A DNA stretch of 64,000 nucleotides from Psammoneis japonica. Taxonomy: Eukaryota. Location of the stretch: contig QPGO01000071.1 of assembly GCA_008632985.1 (NCBI GenBank), positions 235,516-299,515 of the forward strand. The letters are read 5' to 3'. Numbering within the stretch: the stretch's first letter is position 1; every line of letters starts with the position of its first letter. The notes beneath the pieces are model-generated. The model did not search any database. It saw only the letters and a list, made by a program, of their open reading frames with translations, and had not been told where the DNA came from. This document shows, one piece after another, positions 47,987 through 60,199 of the stretch. The position numbers and the translations under genes are program-made.

Positions 47987-48391
47987 AATGGAGCTCTACT
48001 ACTTTGCTAGTCGATAAGCAAAGTATGGAATATTTGTGAGGAAGTTTCATTTCTTTGCATGCAGCTTCCTCGTTACTATTAGATGGACGGTGTGGGAAGC
48101 CTCGATGTGTTCAATATTGCTACGTGTCTCTCGCTAGGTCCCTCTCAATGTTGTACCCATTAGTTCTATCGTTGCTCTCCTGCTTTACGACAAGGCAAGC
48201 TTCAGACTTTCTCATATCCTTCCCTTCAAAGCCTTGGTCGATTGTGTGAGTGCCTCCTTTGCTCGGCTCTTCTACCAGAATTTCGAAGCTAACGTTGAAA
48301 AAATGAGCATGGCATCCAGGTAAACCTTGTTCTTGGGACATTGAACGCAACGTACATGGACATAAGTAGAACAGTCAAAGCTCTAAAGTTG

Positions 48392-50158
48392 TTACCGGTA
48401 TTCCTCCCCCTCCTCTTCGCTACTAGCGTCCTCGTTTTCTTCGTCCTCGTAGCTTGCAGTTGGCGCCGGAGTGTCGCCTGGTCGGGGATCCACATATTCG
48501 AACGTTACTCGATCATAGTCGACTCCCATCTTGTTCCTTCTCAAATGCTCCTTGAACATGGGCGTCATTTCATCCTCCACAAAGTCACAGAGATGACGCT
48601 CCACCGTTTGGTTCTTGGTGTGAATGCCAAACGTTCTAAAGAATTTTCCGCAGTTCGAATGTGACCCAATCCATAAACCTTTTCCTCCTTGCTGTAGTAG
48701 CTGTCTTTATCCTCGGGTCGTCCCATTCCGATAATTCCATTGAGCCGTTTCATGGATGTCGCTCCGGCTCCTAAAAAGTCTGCATCATGTTCCCAAAACT
48801 TTGGAGGCTTCACTTTGGGTTCGTACATGTGAAAGCACACGGACCGTTCGGGCGCGTAAAAGTCGTATCCATAGGTGAAAAGGCGCAAGCCCATGGATAT
48901 TTCCTCTCCTTGAAACACAAGTGGCAGGTACTGATCATAGGGGACTTGCACAACACAGTGGCCTCGTGCAAACGAAAAGCCAGCAGCCCAGAACGGGTGA
49001 AACTGGGGTTCTCCATGAATCGACGGAGGACCCTCGGGTTCTTGTCCGTGTCTCAAGTGCCGATGGACGCCTTCGCCCTCAAAGTCAGAGTCACACATGA
49101 GCGGCCGGCCTTCACGAATTGCCATGTGTGTCTCGGGATCAATGCTGGTATCAGTTTCCCAGAGCGATCGTCAGAAGCGCACAACAATAGTTAGAACGTT
49201 TCTGAACCACGAAAAACAAAGCCTTCTGTCCAACTTTATACGTACCTGTGTTTTAACTCTGACAAGTACACAGTCAATACACCGTATTCATTGTTTGCGG
49301 ATTCCCATTGCCCAATGAGATCTTCGTCCCAATCTTGTACAAAGCGCACGTGCGAATCGATTTGCATGGCAAAGTATTCTCCTCGATACATGCGATCACC
49401 CAAATGACGAGCAAAGACGGGCCCGACGGCAAATTTGGCGTCCATTTCATAAAACTCCATCAAGTAACGATACCGACAAAAGGCTTGTTGCGGATCTTCG
49501 TTGCAGGATTTCGGTGGATTGGAACACAAGCTATCCGACTCTGCAAACTTTTGATCAATAATGCCCACACGAATTCGTTCCGGGTATTTGCTCGAGCATA
49601 AATGGATTCCAACGTGGGAGCACACTGTGGATCACAATATGCCGCAATGGAAATAAAAATAGTGGGCATCTCCTTGCCATTGATGGTTGCATAGCTCCCC
49701 ACACTTTTTGCCTGCTTCATGGTCATGAGCCGCCTTCCATAATTTCCGAGATAGGCACGAATCCCCTTGTGCCCATACTCGGTGGGTGCCCAAAACTTTG
49801 GAACCGTCAAATTCAAGTGCATACCATACTTTTTTCGAGCAACTTTGGAAAATTCAATTCCCGGATGAGCAATCTCCTCCAGGTCCGTACCCACGTGTAG
49901 AGGAAAGGAATTGTGTTGAAGATTGTATATCTTCCCACCCCGAGTCTTGCCGTCCATGACTCGCATCATGACTCCGTCTTCTCCCACCATGACGTCGTTG
50001 GGCAGTTCTGGAAAGTTCCATACGGCAACAATTGTGACGACTGCAAACAAAACGGAAAAGACAATCAAGGCAAGAACTACTTGTCGATCGGTGGTGGAGA
50101 GCTTATAGGCAAAGGCTTGATTTTTTCGTCTACGTCGTTTTGTATTTACAGCAACCAT
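48392..50158 (-). CDS. GT60-family (Gnt1/OGNT-like) GlcNAc transferase, type II membrane; intron 49245-49145; two apparent 1-nt frameshifts
   Basis: IFISIAAYCDPQC, GPVFARH, MQIDSHVRF, FWAAGFSF and FQGEEISM. Confidence 0.85.
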
Positions 50159-50527
50159 TGTCGTGTGTTTCTCTGTCGAATGGTTGGTCACAACAATGTG
50201 GGTGTCGGTGGTATACTGTGTTGCTCTGCAGAGTTGCGTTCACTGCACAACATGGCCGTGAGGCATTTTTTGGCATTGTTTTTCGCAGACTTTTCTTCAC
50301 GCAGTGACATTTTCGATTTTGCATTGAAAGTTATTTAACCCCGAGGATACATGTATAGTGAATGTTCGCACTTGCCGATGGAGTTGTCCGATTTCGGCGG
50401 TCGTGCTACGCGCCTTTTGAGTTTTTGAAAAATTTGACGGGAAACCCAACAGTAAGCAGCGCAGTATAATGGACCTAACGCAACTCTTCTGCTGTTGTTA
50501 TTGTGCAACCAACCCGCTTCTCTTGTA

Positions 50528-51316
50528 ATGATGTTTCCGGAACGCACAATCAATCATCGAAAAGCTATAATTGCTGTATTGTTTCTTTTATTTCAATCCA
50601 ACGAGTGCTTTACAACGCCATCACTTGCAAACACCAAGCGACCAGCAGCACGTTTTCTGCAAGCCTTGCCCGAGTGGGTGGATGATTCCATGGTGGAGTC
50701 GGCAAAAGCACAGCTGTTGTGGGAACAGTTGGAAGAAAAACAAAATCGACCCGTGTTGAATCTATCGGCGGTTCGACGAGAAAATACTATCGAAGAAGGA
50801 GAGCAAGAAGAAGCCGTGCATGATGACGATGCCTGGATGGACGGGACGCGATGGAATGAAACCCGTTTTGGACTCGAAGAAAATATACTAAAGCAATCCC
50901 TTGACGATGAAAACGCCATGCAACTCATTAAATCCGCACCACAATTGATGCGATTACCTTCGGAAATGGTTTTGAAAACGGCGCAATTGTTGGTTACGGA
51001 ATACGACTTTGACCTGGATACGCTCAAACAACAACCTCAACTCTTGACATTTTCGTCTGACCACATAAAGTACGGAATTCAATTCTTATCAACCATGATG
51101 ATGATTCGTGATCCCGAAAAAACCATTCAAGCGTGTCGACAGTCTCCCGCCTTGCTGTTGGGTGGAATCGAGGGTGGTCTGCAAGAGCAAGCCGTCAAGA
51201 GTGCACTCGGAACGGCGGCCGAGGCAACCTCCAAGGCCAATCAACAAATTGCTAGCAATGCCATGAAGTCTCTTGACATGATACAAAACAAGCGCATGGG
51301 AAATAAAAAATTATAA
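50528..51316 (+). CDS. Hypothetical protein, probably plastid-targeted, with mTERF-like PxLL repeats
   Basis: Signal peptide followed by CF; APQLMRL, QPQLLTF and SPALLLG repeats. Confidence 0.6.
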   Translation: MMFPERTINHRKAIIAVLFLLFQSNECFTTPSLANTKRPAARFLQALPEWVDDSMVESAKAQLLWEQLEEKQNRPVLNLSAVRRENTIEEGEQEEAVHDDDAWMDGTRWNETRFGLEENILKQSLDDENAMQLIKSAPQLMRLPSEMVLKTAQLLVTEYDFDLDTLKQQPQLLTFSSDHIKYGIQFLSTMMMIRDPEKTIQACRQSPALLLGGIEGGLQEQAVKSALGTAAEATSKANQQIASNAMKSLDMIQNKRMGNKKL

Positions 51317-51741
51317 AACTCTCAGACGTGTTTGGCACGAACAATTGCTGACTTAAAAAGCCCTGGTGGCACAAAGCTTCACTGTTTTTATCTCTCTGTG
51401 GTCTATGGGCGGCTAGGGCATTTTAATGAAATGGTCCTATGATTGCTAATCTCATGGGCTCCGCGATGATGAACAACATTGGCAAAGATTTGATCGTACG
51501 CATGACAGACCGGACTCTCAGTTGGATGCGCGCGCGCGATGCACTAGCTAGCTGAGCCTGTGCGCTAGCGGCATTGTCGGATTGTCTGTGTCATGGTGCG
51601 TGTCATGCCTGACTGAGAAACGCGAACACGAAACATGCACCGCAAAGAAAAATCTGCAAAATGACAATGTCCCGCATTTCGGAAGGGTGATTGAAGACCG
51701 CGGATAAACCATCATTTACATCAGTAAAACACTAAACAACC

Positions 51742-53496
51742 ATGTCTAACGAATTATTAACCAATGGCCATGCCAAAAGAGAGCGAAAACGTAGCAGCAG
51801 AAAAAGAAGAAAAAGAATAAGCGAACGTAAAGTCATGTCGGCTGAGGATCGGCAACTCTTGAATGGCTTGGTTGTACTGGTTGCACTCTATGGCCTAATT
51901 ACAGTTGCTACCTACAAGTTTTTACCCTCTACATCAAACGACACTACAATAACGAGCAGCAGTGGTATTCGGGGTGTATCAGAAGAGCAGTCATTCGGTA
52001 TCAGCAACGATGCGATTGCAAAGTTGCGAGAAACATTTCCTGTCCACGTTGGTTCGGAACTGGAAGAAATTCCTCATCCCGGAATTGCCTTTTCGAAAAA
52101 GGCCCAATCCGTCTTTGGAGCTACCACAACTTTGAAGGTTCCCAAATTTTGGGCTCCGACCGAATACGGCCCCGACGGGATTCGTGCGTATTTGGGAAAT
52201 TACGGAAGTGTTCGCATGACCATGGAGCAAGCCAAGAGTGTGGGGAGTTTTGTCACTACCAAACAAGGCGAACGGTTGCCTACGATTTATGCGTCCATTG
52301 CCAATTATCGGGATTACGAGTGCGTCCCGACGGTCGAGTCGATTTATGCACGAGCCGAACATCCCGAACGGATTCGTGTCGCTGTGATTGATCAAGTGCG
52401 AGACGGAGATTCACTCTGTTCGACTCCAGCAGAACCCTGTGAACAAAGTCCAACACAAGCATTGTGCCAATACCGTCACTTGATGGATTTTTACAAAATG
52501 GATGCCCGATATGCGGTTGGTCCCGTCTTTGCGCGACATTTGGGGAACCGCATGTATCGAGGCGAGTACTTTGCCATGCAAGTCGATTCGCATGTTCGAT
52601 TTACAGAGCACTGGGACAGTGATATCATTGGACAATGGGAGTCGGCGAAAAATGAATACGGCGTCTTGTCCGTGTACTTATCGGATATTATTGGAAGGTG
52701 TGACGATTTGAATCAATGTTTCTGTTGTTTGTATTTGCTGTTAGCTTTGTTCTGATCCACCCTCGCTTCTACTCTCTTTGCGCACGCCATGTAGCATTGA
52801 TCCCGCAACCAACAAGAATATCCGTGGCATGAGACCCATCATGTGCGAAACCGATTATGAAGGTGTTGGCGTGAACAAGCACTTGCGTCATGGCCAACAA
52901 CCCGAGGGCAAACCCTACATTCACGGCGAACCCACGCTCCATCCCTTTTGGGCTGCCGGTTTTTCCTTTGCGCGGGGTCACTTTGTCGTGCAGGTCCCAT
53001 ACGATCAATGGTTGCCACTGGTGTTTCAGGGAGAGGAGATATCACTAGGACTACGCGGATTCTCATACGGATATGACTACTACACACCGGAACGTGCCGT
53101 TTGCTTTCACATGTACGCCAACAAGGAAAACAAGGAGGTACGAAAAAAGGTTCCACTCTTTTGGGAAAACACTCCCAACTATGCCAATGCCGGTGCGGAA
53201 GCCATGAAGCGATTGAATGGAATCATCAAAATGAGCAAGGACCCGTATTTTAACAAAGACGAAAACTGTATGGGTTGGGTCAAGTTCGATCGACGGAAAA
53301 GTTTTTTAGAACCTTTGGCATTCATACGGATACGCAAACAGTCGAACATCACCTGTGCCGATTTGTTGGACAACCCATGATGAAAAAGTTCAAACCGCAT
53401 TTAAGAAAGGATGGGTTGGGCATCAATTACGATGAGATTGACTTTGAATGGAAGGATCCAATTCCCGACAAGAAAAAGAGGAAAATTAATCGGTAA
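51742..53496 (+). CDS. GT60-family GlcNAc transferase paralog; intron 52698-52794; apparent 1-nt frameshift near 53265
   Basis: IYASIANYRDYEC, MQVDSHVRF, FWAAGFSF and FQGEEISL; same intron position and phase as 48392-50158. Confidence 0.85.
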
Positions 53497-53960
53497 TCTC
53501 TCTAGCTAGAAAGAGCTACGACAGTAAATACAGACTCCTGTATATGCTTGCATGTCCACGAACACACCTCAAATAAATAGCTTTCTAGCCATTGTTTGGC
53601 CACCGTCAAGCGATGACGTGGTACAGTCTCAGATGCGGCTCGACATGTTTTGATACAAACTTGACAGTACCTACTAGTACTGTACTTACTCCTCACCACA
53701 CCTAATGAGCAGGGGGTTGTCAAAAGCGTTTAAGAAAGGATGGGTTGGGTATCATTTACGATGAGATTGACTTTGAATGAAAGGATCCAAATCCCGAAAA
53801 GAAGAAAAGGCGGAAAAATCTCTCTAGCTAGAGAGAAAGTTACGACAGTACAGACTTTTGTATGCTTGTCCACGGACACACCTCAAAATAGCTTTCCAGC
53901 CATTGTTTGGCTACCGTCAAGCGGTGATGTGGGAGTCTCAAATGCGGTTCCACATGTTTG
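53400..53960 (+). repeat. Tandem duplication of about 240 bp covering the 3' ends of two convergent genes
   Basis: 53400-53650 vs 53729-53960, both starting ttaagaaaggatgggttggg. Confidence 0.9.
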
Positions 53961-54739
53961 CCTTCCAAGAGCGCGTCACAACCAAAGTGTATCGCCATTT
54001 TGTTTTTTAGAAATCTAGAACGATTGCAATCCTCTGGAGCCAGTAGTCCGTCTTGACTCAGAGCGCGTTGTCCAAACATGACCAAATCGCGCTTGTGTAT
54101 TCTAACTCTGTTTTCACGACTCACTTGAAGTAGTGCCAACGAATCAGTATAAAAGGTTTCCTTGTTTGCGTTTGTAGTAACGTGTTGCTTTGCACTCTCG
54201 AGCAAGGCCATGGCTGTTTGGTAGTATGACTCGGCCGATCCAGACACGAGTTGTGGCAAGAGTCGCTTGTCATACACCACCATTTGACCATTTTGGGGTA
54301 ATTCTGCCAATGTTTCAATTTTTCGTAACGCAAACACATCATAATCCGTCATCCATCCTCCTCCCATCGCCGCCATGGCTAGCCATCTCAAAAACATGAG
54401 CTTGTTGAATTCATCCAAACGAACGGCACTCAATTGTTTGTTAAACTCTGCATAGTTGGTATGAAGCTTGGCAGTATCATAAATGGACAGTATTCGCGGT
54501 TCCCACCCGGCCTTGTACCATGATTCAGACCAATACTCGAGCAGCAAAGCATCGTCTCTGTCCGACATGCCCGTCAAGCGAAGATCCGGGTCAATGCGCT
54601 GATAAAACGCATAAATAACCGGACGCTTCTTTTCATTATCAACAGTTGGTGTAGAATTATTGTAAGCTTGGGACCAACCAAAGGAGAGCAACACTAAGCT
54701 TAGAATATGAACAGCTAGCGGCGACGGCATTCCTGCCAT
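53840..54739 (-). CDS. Secreted protein with a DxD glycosyltransferase-like motif
   Basis: Signal peptide; W..SW.KAGWEPRIL and FLRWLAMAAMGGGWMTDYDV. Confidence 0.65.
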   Translation of the reverse strand: MAGMPSPLAVHILSLVLLSFGWSQAYNNSTPTVDNEKKRPVIYAFYQRIDPDLRLTGMSDRDDALLLEYWSESWYKAGWEPRILSIYDTAKLHTNYAEFNKQLSAVRLDEFNKLMFLRWLAMAAMGGGWMTDYDVFALRKIETLAELPQNGQMVVYDKRLLPQLVSGSAESYYQTAMALLESAKQHVTTNANKETFYTDSLALLQVSRENRVRIHKRDLVMFGQRALSQDGLLAPEDCNRSRFLKNKMAIHFGCDALLEGKHVEPHLRLPHHRLTVAKQWLESYFEVCPWTSIQKSVLS

Positions 54740-55113
54740 TTTCGTTTCAGAAACTTCAGAAGAAAAAAAATGACATCAGGATGTTTGATTCGCTGGACTG
54801 AAACCTCAACAAATTATTTTTATTCAATACTTCGTGTATGATGTAGGTGATCACAGAAATTGTCTGCCAGCGACGCGTTCGTTTTGTCATACCAAGTGGC
54901 TACGAGCAACGGAAAAAGTCATGGGTGGTTTGGGAACGCATGCTGTTGTTTTTGCCAAAGAGGGGAAGAGCAACGCGAAGACTTGCAACAACGTTGATTG
55001 TAAACATTGCACTGCGTTGCTTGCTGACAGAGGAACAGATTGTTGTTGTTGTGTACGTTTTTCTTAATCATCAGAGCAGTCCTGAATTGAAAAACGAAAT
55101 TTTAAAAAGCAGC

Positions 55114-57150
55114 ATGTCAGGACAACGCTCGTCAAGTAGTGGCGGAGCCGCAGCGTCCGTCGCTGCTGGTTGCGCCTTGCGCGAAACACCGTCACGGCGT
55201 GCATCGTCACAGTCGCAACAACAATTACAACCCCTCTCGTGTTCCGACGGTCTTGCCGTGTTTTCGTGGGGTCGTGGGGAAGACGGACAATTGGGACTGG
55301 GTGATACGAGCGATCAGGATGAACCCACCTATGTCGATGCTCTGCGGGGTGTGGGAGTGTCTCAAATTGCCTGCGGATCGGGTCATACCGTCGTCTTGAC
55401 GACCGAAGGAGAAGTGTATACCTGGGGCCGTGGCGATGATGGGAGGCTTGGGCACGGGGATAATGGATGGAAATATGTGCCGCGTATTACGCAGAGTCTC
55501 ACGGGACAAGTGGTGGTGCAAGTCACGTGTGGATCGGTATGTTTATGACGTGTTGTACTGATTTTGATGACTTGTGTGTTTCATACAGGCGATTGTCTTG
55601 TGGTTGCCTGTTGCGTTGGCTTGCGGTGCCTTGGCGTTTCAGAAGACGAGTGATTTCGATGAGCGTTGACTTACGATGGTTTTTTTGTAATTCATAAGTT
55701 GGTCGTGCTTGTTGCGTGTTGCAAAATCCCCCCCGCTCATTACTCTTTTTTGGCTTTGCGATTCTCGTAATTTTCACAGTATCACACTGCCGCAGTCACG
55801 GGAAATGGAGATTTGTTCACGTGGGGAGGTGGAATGTATGGTAAGTTGGGTCACGGCGATGAGACGGGCCACGCTATTCCAAAGCGAGTGGATGGATTGG
55901 CGGGTTTGGTGGTGTCTCAGATTGCCTGTGGGTCACGCCATACCGCGGTGATTACATCCAATGGTGCACTCTACACGTGGGGTGATAAAGAGAATGGTGT
56001 GGCGGGACACGGTGATACCGATGGGCATCAGTACACGCCAAAGTTGCTGGACAAGCTGGCTGCCAAGCGTGTGGTTCAGCTGAGTGCTTGTGGCTTTCAT
56101 ACGGGATGTTTAACGGATTCCGGGGAGCTATGGACTTGGGGAGAGGGCAAATTTGGGCGTTTGGGGCATTCGGCGGAACGCAATTGTCATTCTCCGAAAC
56201 TTGTTGAGGCTCTCAGGGGCAAGAGGCCACGGCAAGTGGCATGCGGAGGTTTTCATACGGCGGTCATTTCAGAGGATGGAAAAATGTACACCTTTGGCGG
56301 AGGAGAACACGGACAGTTGGGTCACGGTGATCGGGTTAACAAGGTGAAACCGACGCTAGTACAGGCCTTGGACGGAATTTTTATTTCACAAATTACGTGC
56401 GGCTGGTCTCATTCGGTTGCACTTACATCGCAAGGAAAGGTGTACACCTTTGGCAATGGCGATCACGGAAAGCTTGGACACAAGTCTAGTCGCAAGGTGT
56501 CTGTCCCTCATATTGTCGAAAAGCTAAAGGATCATAACGTTGTCCGCGTGGCATCCTACAATGAGCACACGGCAGCCTTGGTGGAACCCTTTGATCATGC
56601 TGGAGCAGGCTACAACTCGGTCCCCGTCACCACGGCCTATTCCTCTCAGATGCGCGCCTTGGTCAATGATGACGAATTCTCGGATGTCACCTTTGTCTTG
56701 GACGATGGACAATCCATTCATGCGCACCGAGCCATTTTGGCACAGCGGTGTGATCACTTTCGGGCCATGTTTCGATCGGGCATGAGAGAAAGTGTGGAAC
56801 GTACCATTAAGATCCCGAATTGCTCTCGAGAAGTCTTTCTATTGTTGTTGGAGTACATTTACACAGACTCGGTCAAGGTGGATGTGGAACACGCGGTGGA
56901 TCTGTACATTGCGTCCGACTTGTATCAGCTCGACCGATTGAGAGACATGTGCTGTACGGTCGTTCGTCGCAATCTCAATGCCGACAATGCTGCGCCGCTG
57001 CTACAAGCAGCATCCGATGCTCATTGTCAAGTGCTTAAAGAAGCGTGCATGGCCTTTATTGTGGAGAACTTTGATATTGTTTCAAAAACACAAGGCATCA
57101 AAGAAGTCAGTCACCCACTGCTGCTAGAAATCTTGGCCATGCGACCATAG
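55114..57150 (+). CDS. RCC1-repeat and BTB domain protein; intron 55537-55779
   Basis: Repeated xCGxxHT..G..yTWG.G..GxLGHG units; splice restores CGS|YHTAAV; BTB motif SDVTFVL..IHAHRAILA..FRAMF. Confidence 0.92.
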
Positions 57151-57473
57151 CAAGCGAGCGATTAGATTATGGAGGACGTTGATATTGCTCCAAAAGAGGC
57201 AAGACATGAAGGAATTAGCATCCACAGTTGCTAGGAATTTTGACCATGCGACAACACGCGAACTTGCTGTCTGCGTAAGCATCTTTATTATAAATATAAA
57301 AATACTAACTACCCACTGCATCGATTGAACATCGCGGTTTGCCAACCAAATGATGAATAGAAAAAGGGGACCAAACTTCGCTTGCGCTCCCTTTTTTGGA
57401 TATAGGAGTATGAAACACAGAGATTATAAGAAGTAGACTGTCTGCTTCTCACAGGTTAGGCACTACTGGCCGA

Positions 57474-59379
57474 TCATTCCAGTTGAACGAGAGCTTGGAG
57501 CATCCAGGATGGGGACCAATGGCAAATCGATTTTGCCTGTTTCTCCGCGTTTCTGCAACTTTTCATAAATGATGCTCTGCTTCTTGGCGGTCCTGTAACA
57601 CTCATCGTTGTAGGTACCGTAGTAATCAACTTGCACTCGCAGTAGCTCCTTAAAACACTATAAAGAGGGAAAGTATCAGGGGTCAGTAAACGCAAACCAA
57701 TAAAGGAAGACAGTCACACATGTCGCTGAGACTTACTGCAAATGCTTCGGGATAGTCCTTGCTCTTGGAAAGCGCATGGCCTAGATTATCCAACGTGGCA
57801 AAGAGACGTAGTTGATCTCCCTGCATCGTTAAGCGCTGGAGCTGCAAAACCAACAACACACAAGACGTTAGAAACGACGACGACCGTACAACACGTCCCA
57901 TGTAGAAAAAGACTTACATCAAGGGACTCTGAGAAAGAAGCAACAGCGCCAACGTAGTTCTTTTTCTTCATCTGGACTGACCCAACGTTGCACAGCATTT
58001 CCGTGACCGCCACCACAGCCTCGTCCGTATCAATCCCAGATGCCCAGAGCGTACGATAGATATCCAAGGAGTCTTCAAATGTAGCTTGCGCAGCCGCGTA
58101 TTCTCCAAGCTTGTGATACACACAACCAATGTGACTCTGAATTTGGCCCACACTGGCGTGCCCGTATCCCAAGTTCTTCCGTGTTATCCGGAGGGCTTCG
58201 CAAAACGCAGAGAGCGACTCCTCATGCTTCTGCAGTTCCAGTCGGACCGACCCGAGTTTGGTCAGAGATGCCTGATGGTCGTTTGAAAAGAACACAGTGT
58301 AAGCTATTCACAAAGAACACTCAAATCGGCGTTCCAAAGCGCTTTTGCAACTCACCGCAACATCCAAATGCTCGGGACCCAAAGCATTCTTACGCACAAT
58401 GACCGCTTGAAGAAAGATGGATTCCGCCATGTCGTAGCTTGCACTGTACAAGTACACCATGCCAATATTATGCAAGGCAATACCGACACTTGCGTGATAA
58501 TGACCATATCTCTTTTGATCCTCTTGGAGAATCTTATCGGATAATGCAAGTGCCGTCTCATAATCACCAGTCTTCGTAACAGCAACACGAAACAAGAGGG
58601 ATGAGAGACAAATCTTGGAGAGTGACATGTCTTAAAACAGAGATTATCCGAGATGCAGGCCTTACCTTGATACAGAGATTAACTCGCTGGTGAACCTCAG
58701 TCCGTGGCATGACGGTAGGTCTTGGTTTGGCATCCACGGCCCCCACTTTTTTCGAAAATCGAAGCGGTGGAGAGGCTTTCGGTGGTTTGCCACGGCGTGA
58801 TTTCAGCTCCCTGCGAACTCCCGGTTTCTTCCAGTCAGTACACAAGGTCCAGGTCCGCGGATCGCTACTTATCGAATCAGGTGAAGAGTCAGCGGACGAA
58901 GACGCTTCGGTTTCCAACGTGCAGGGAGTATCAGGCACTTTCTGAGTTTTGGTCGTCGTTGCCGGGTCCGGATGCAAGCCACCACCGTCCCACGAAAAGG
59001 ATCTACTACGACGGTGTGACTTTCGCCTCCTATGGGTGGGAGCTTTTCCATCTTTCTTTTCTTCGACTGGGGACTCTAGCGCTGATTCCAGCCATTTGAG
59101 ACTCAACGTTTCCTCGTCATGACCATCGTCCCCAATGCCATCATAAATTTTCACCCGAAGAGGAAGGCGGTCCTTGTCTTTGAGGTTTCCCTCGGCGTGA
59201 TGCTGTGTATGGAGCTGAGATATGGGCGCCGAAACGCTTCTCTTGAGTAATTCAGGCCTGGGAGGGTGCGATGTCGTCCCTGTTGGAGTCGCCGAGTTTG
59301 TCCTCATTGTTGTCTTCCCTCCCAATGAGTTTCTCGGTGACTTTGGAGGACGAGTCAAGGCCGCGGGTGTCACGTTCAT
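57474..59379 (-). CDS. Multi-exon TPR protein (kinesin light chain-like TPRs) with a disordered N-terminus; boundaries approximate
   Basis: YGHYHASVGIALHNIG, LGPEHLDVA and LGYGHASVGQIQSHIG repeats in successive ORFs; GT donors near 58665 and 58355. Confidence 0.75.
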
Positions 59380-60199
59380 GAGAGTTACAACAACAGTCTC
59401 GATCGTCTTGTGTGCCAAGGACTATCGTTGACGCAGCCTTTCCCATTCACAAACAAGAATGAGGCCGATGTTTTCTTCTTTGCGGGTCCACACTTTGCTG
59501 TGTGTGTCTTTGTGAGTTTTGTGTGTGACGACACTCCGAGGCGTCGCACAGTTCAACTCAAAATCTAACCACGTAGAACGCAGGTACAAAGCTACGGGTT
59601 AAATTTTCGCGGGAAAATTGGTTGCTGGGTCCGCCCTCGCAACAGAAGTATCTATTATTCATGTGTCATTATTTACAAAAGCCGAAAATGTTTAGACGAA
59701 ACCAAGACCGTTGACAAAAATATATGGTATTTAATATATTAATAGGCTTTCAAATAGTTCAACGGAGAAAATAAGACAGAAATCGCAGATTCTTAATTGC
59801 CCTCACACATGTATTTCGGCATTTCCAAGGAGTAACGGTGGTATGAATATCAGAACTCATGAGTAGTGTATTACCATAATAAACGACTCAACGTCCTTTA
59901 CTCAGTAATATACTATTAATGAATTAATATGTGATGTGAATCTCTGTCATAGGCGATGGAGGACGGACGGACGGTTCGGATTTCTGTTCGCGCTCGCTCG
60001 TCGCGCGCCTCGATCGGTGCGATCGAAGGAAGATTTTATGAGAACTCGTCTGCCCGCCGCCTGGTGCGAATCGTCATCACTAATCTCTCTATCACACCGA
60101 TGGCACTCTTAATTAAGAGAGTAGCTACCAGCTGCTACTGCTAGTAGCTAGAGCTAGTAGTAGCTGCTATAAGAGTGGCTAGCTGCTTCCTCCGGCAAG

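Noticed and set aside
38515..53270. Frameshifts in host genes near 38520, 48640, 49590 and 53265 suggesting pseudogenes
   Set aside because: Each is repaired by adding one base to a short T or A run (EFWDE, EKFF, AKYPE, EKLYG), which is typical of long-read homopolymer errors.
60115..60185. CTAG/TAGC-rich tract at an island border
   Set aside because: Similar low-complexity ctag/agct runs occur in ordinary intergenic DNA (e.g. about 24495, 51545 and 53500); no specific role is supportable.
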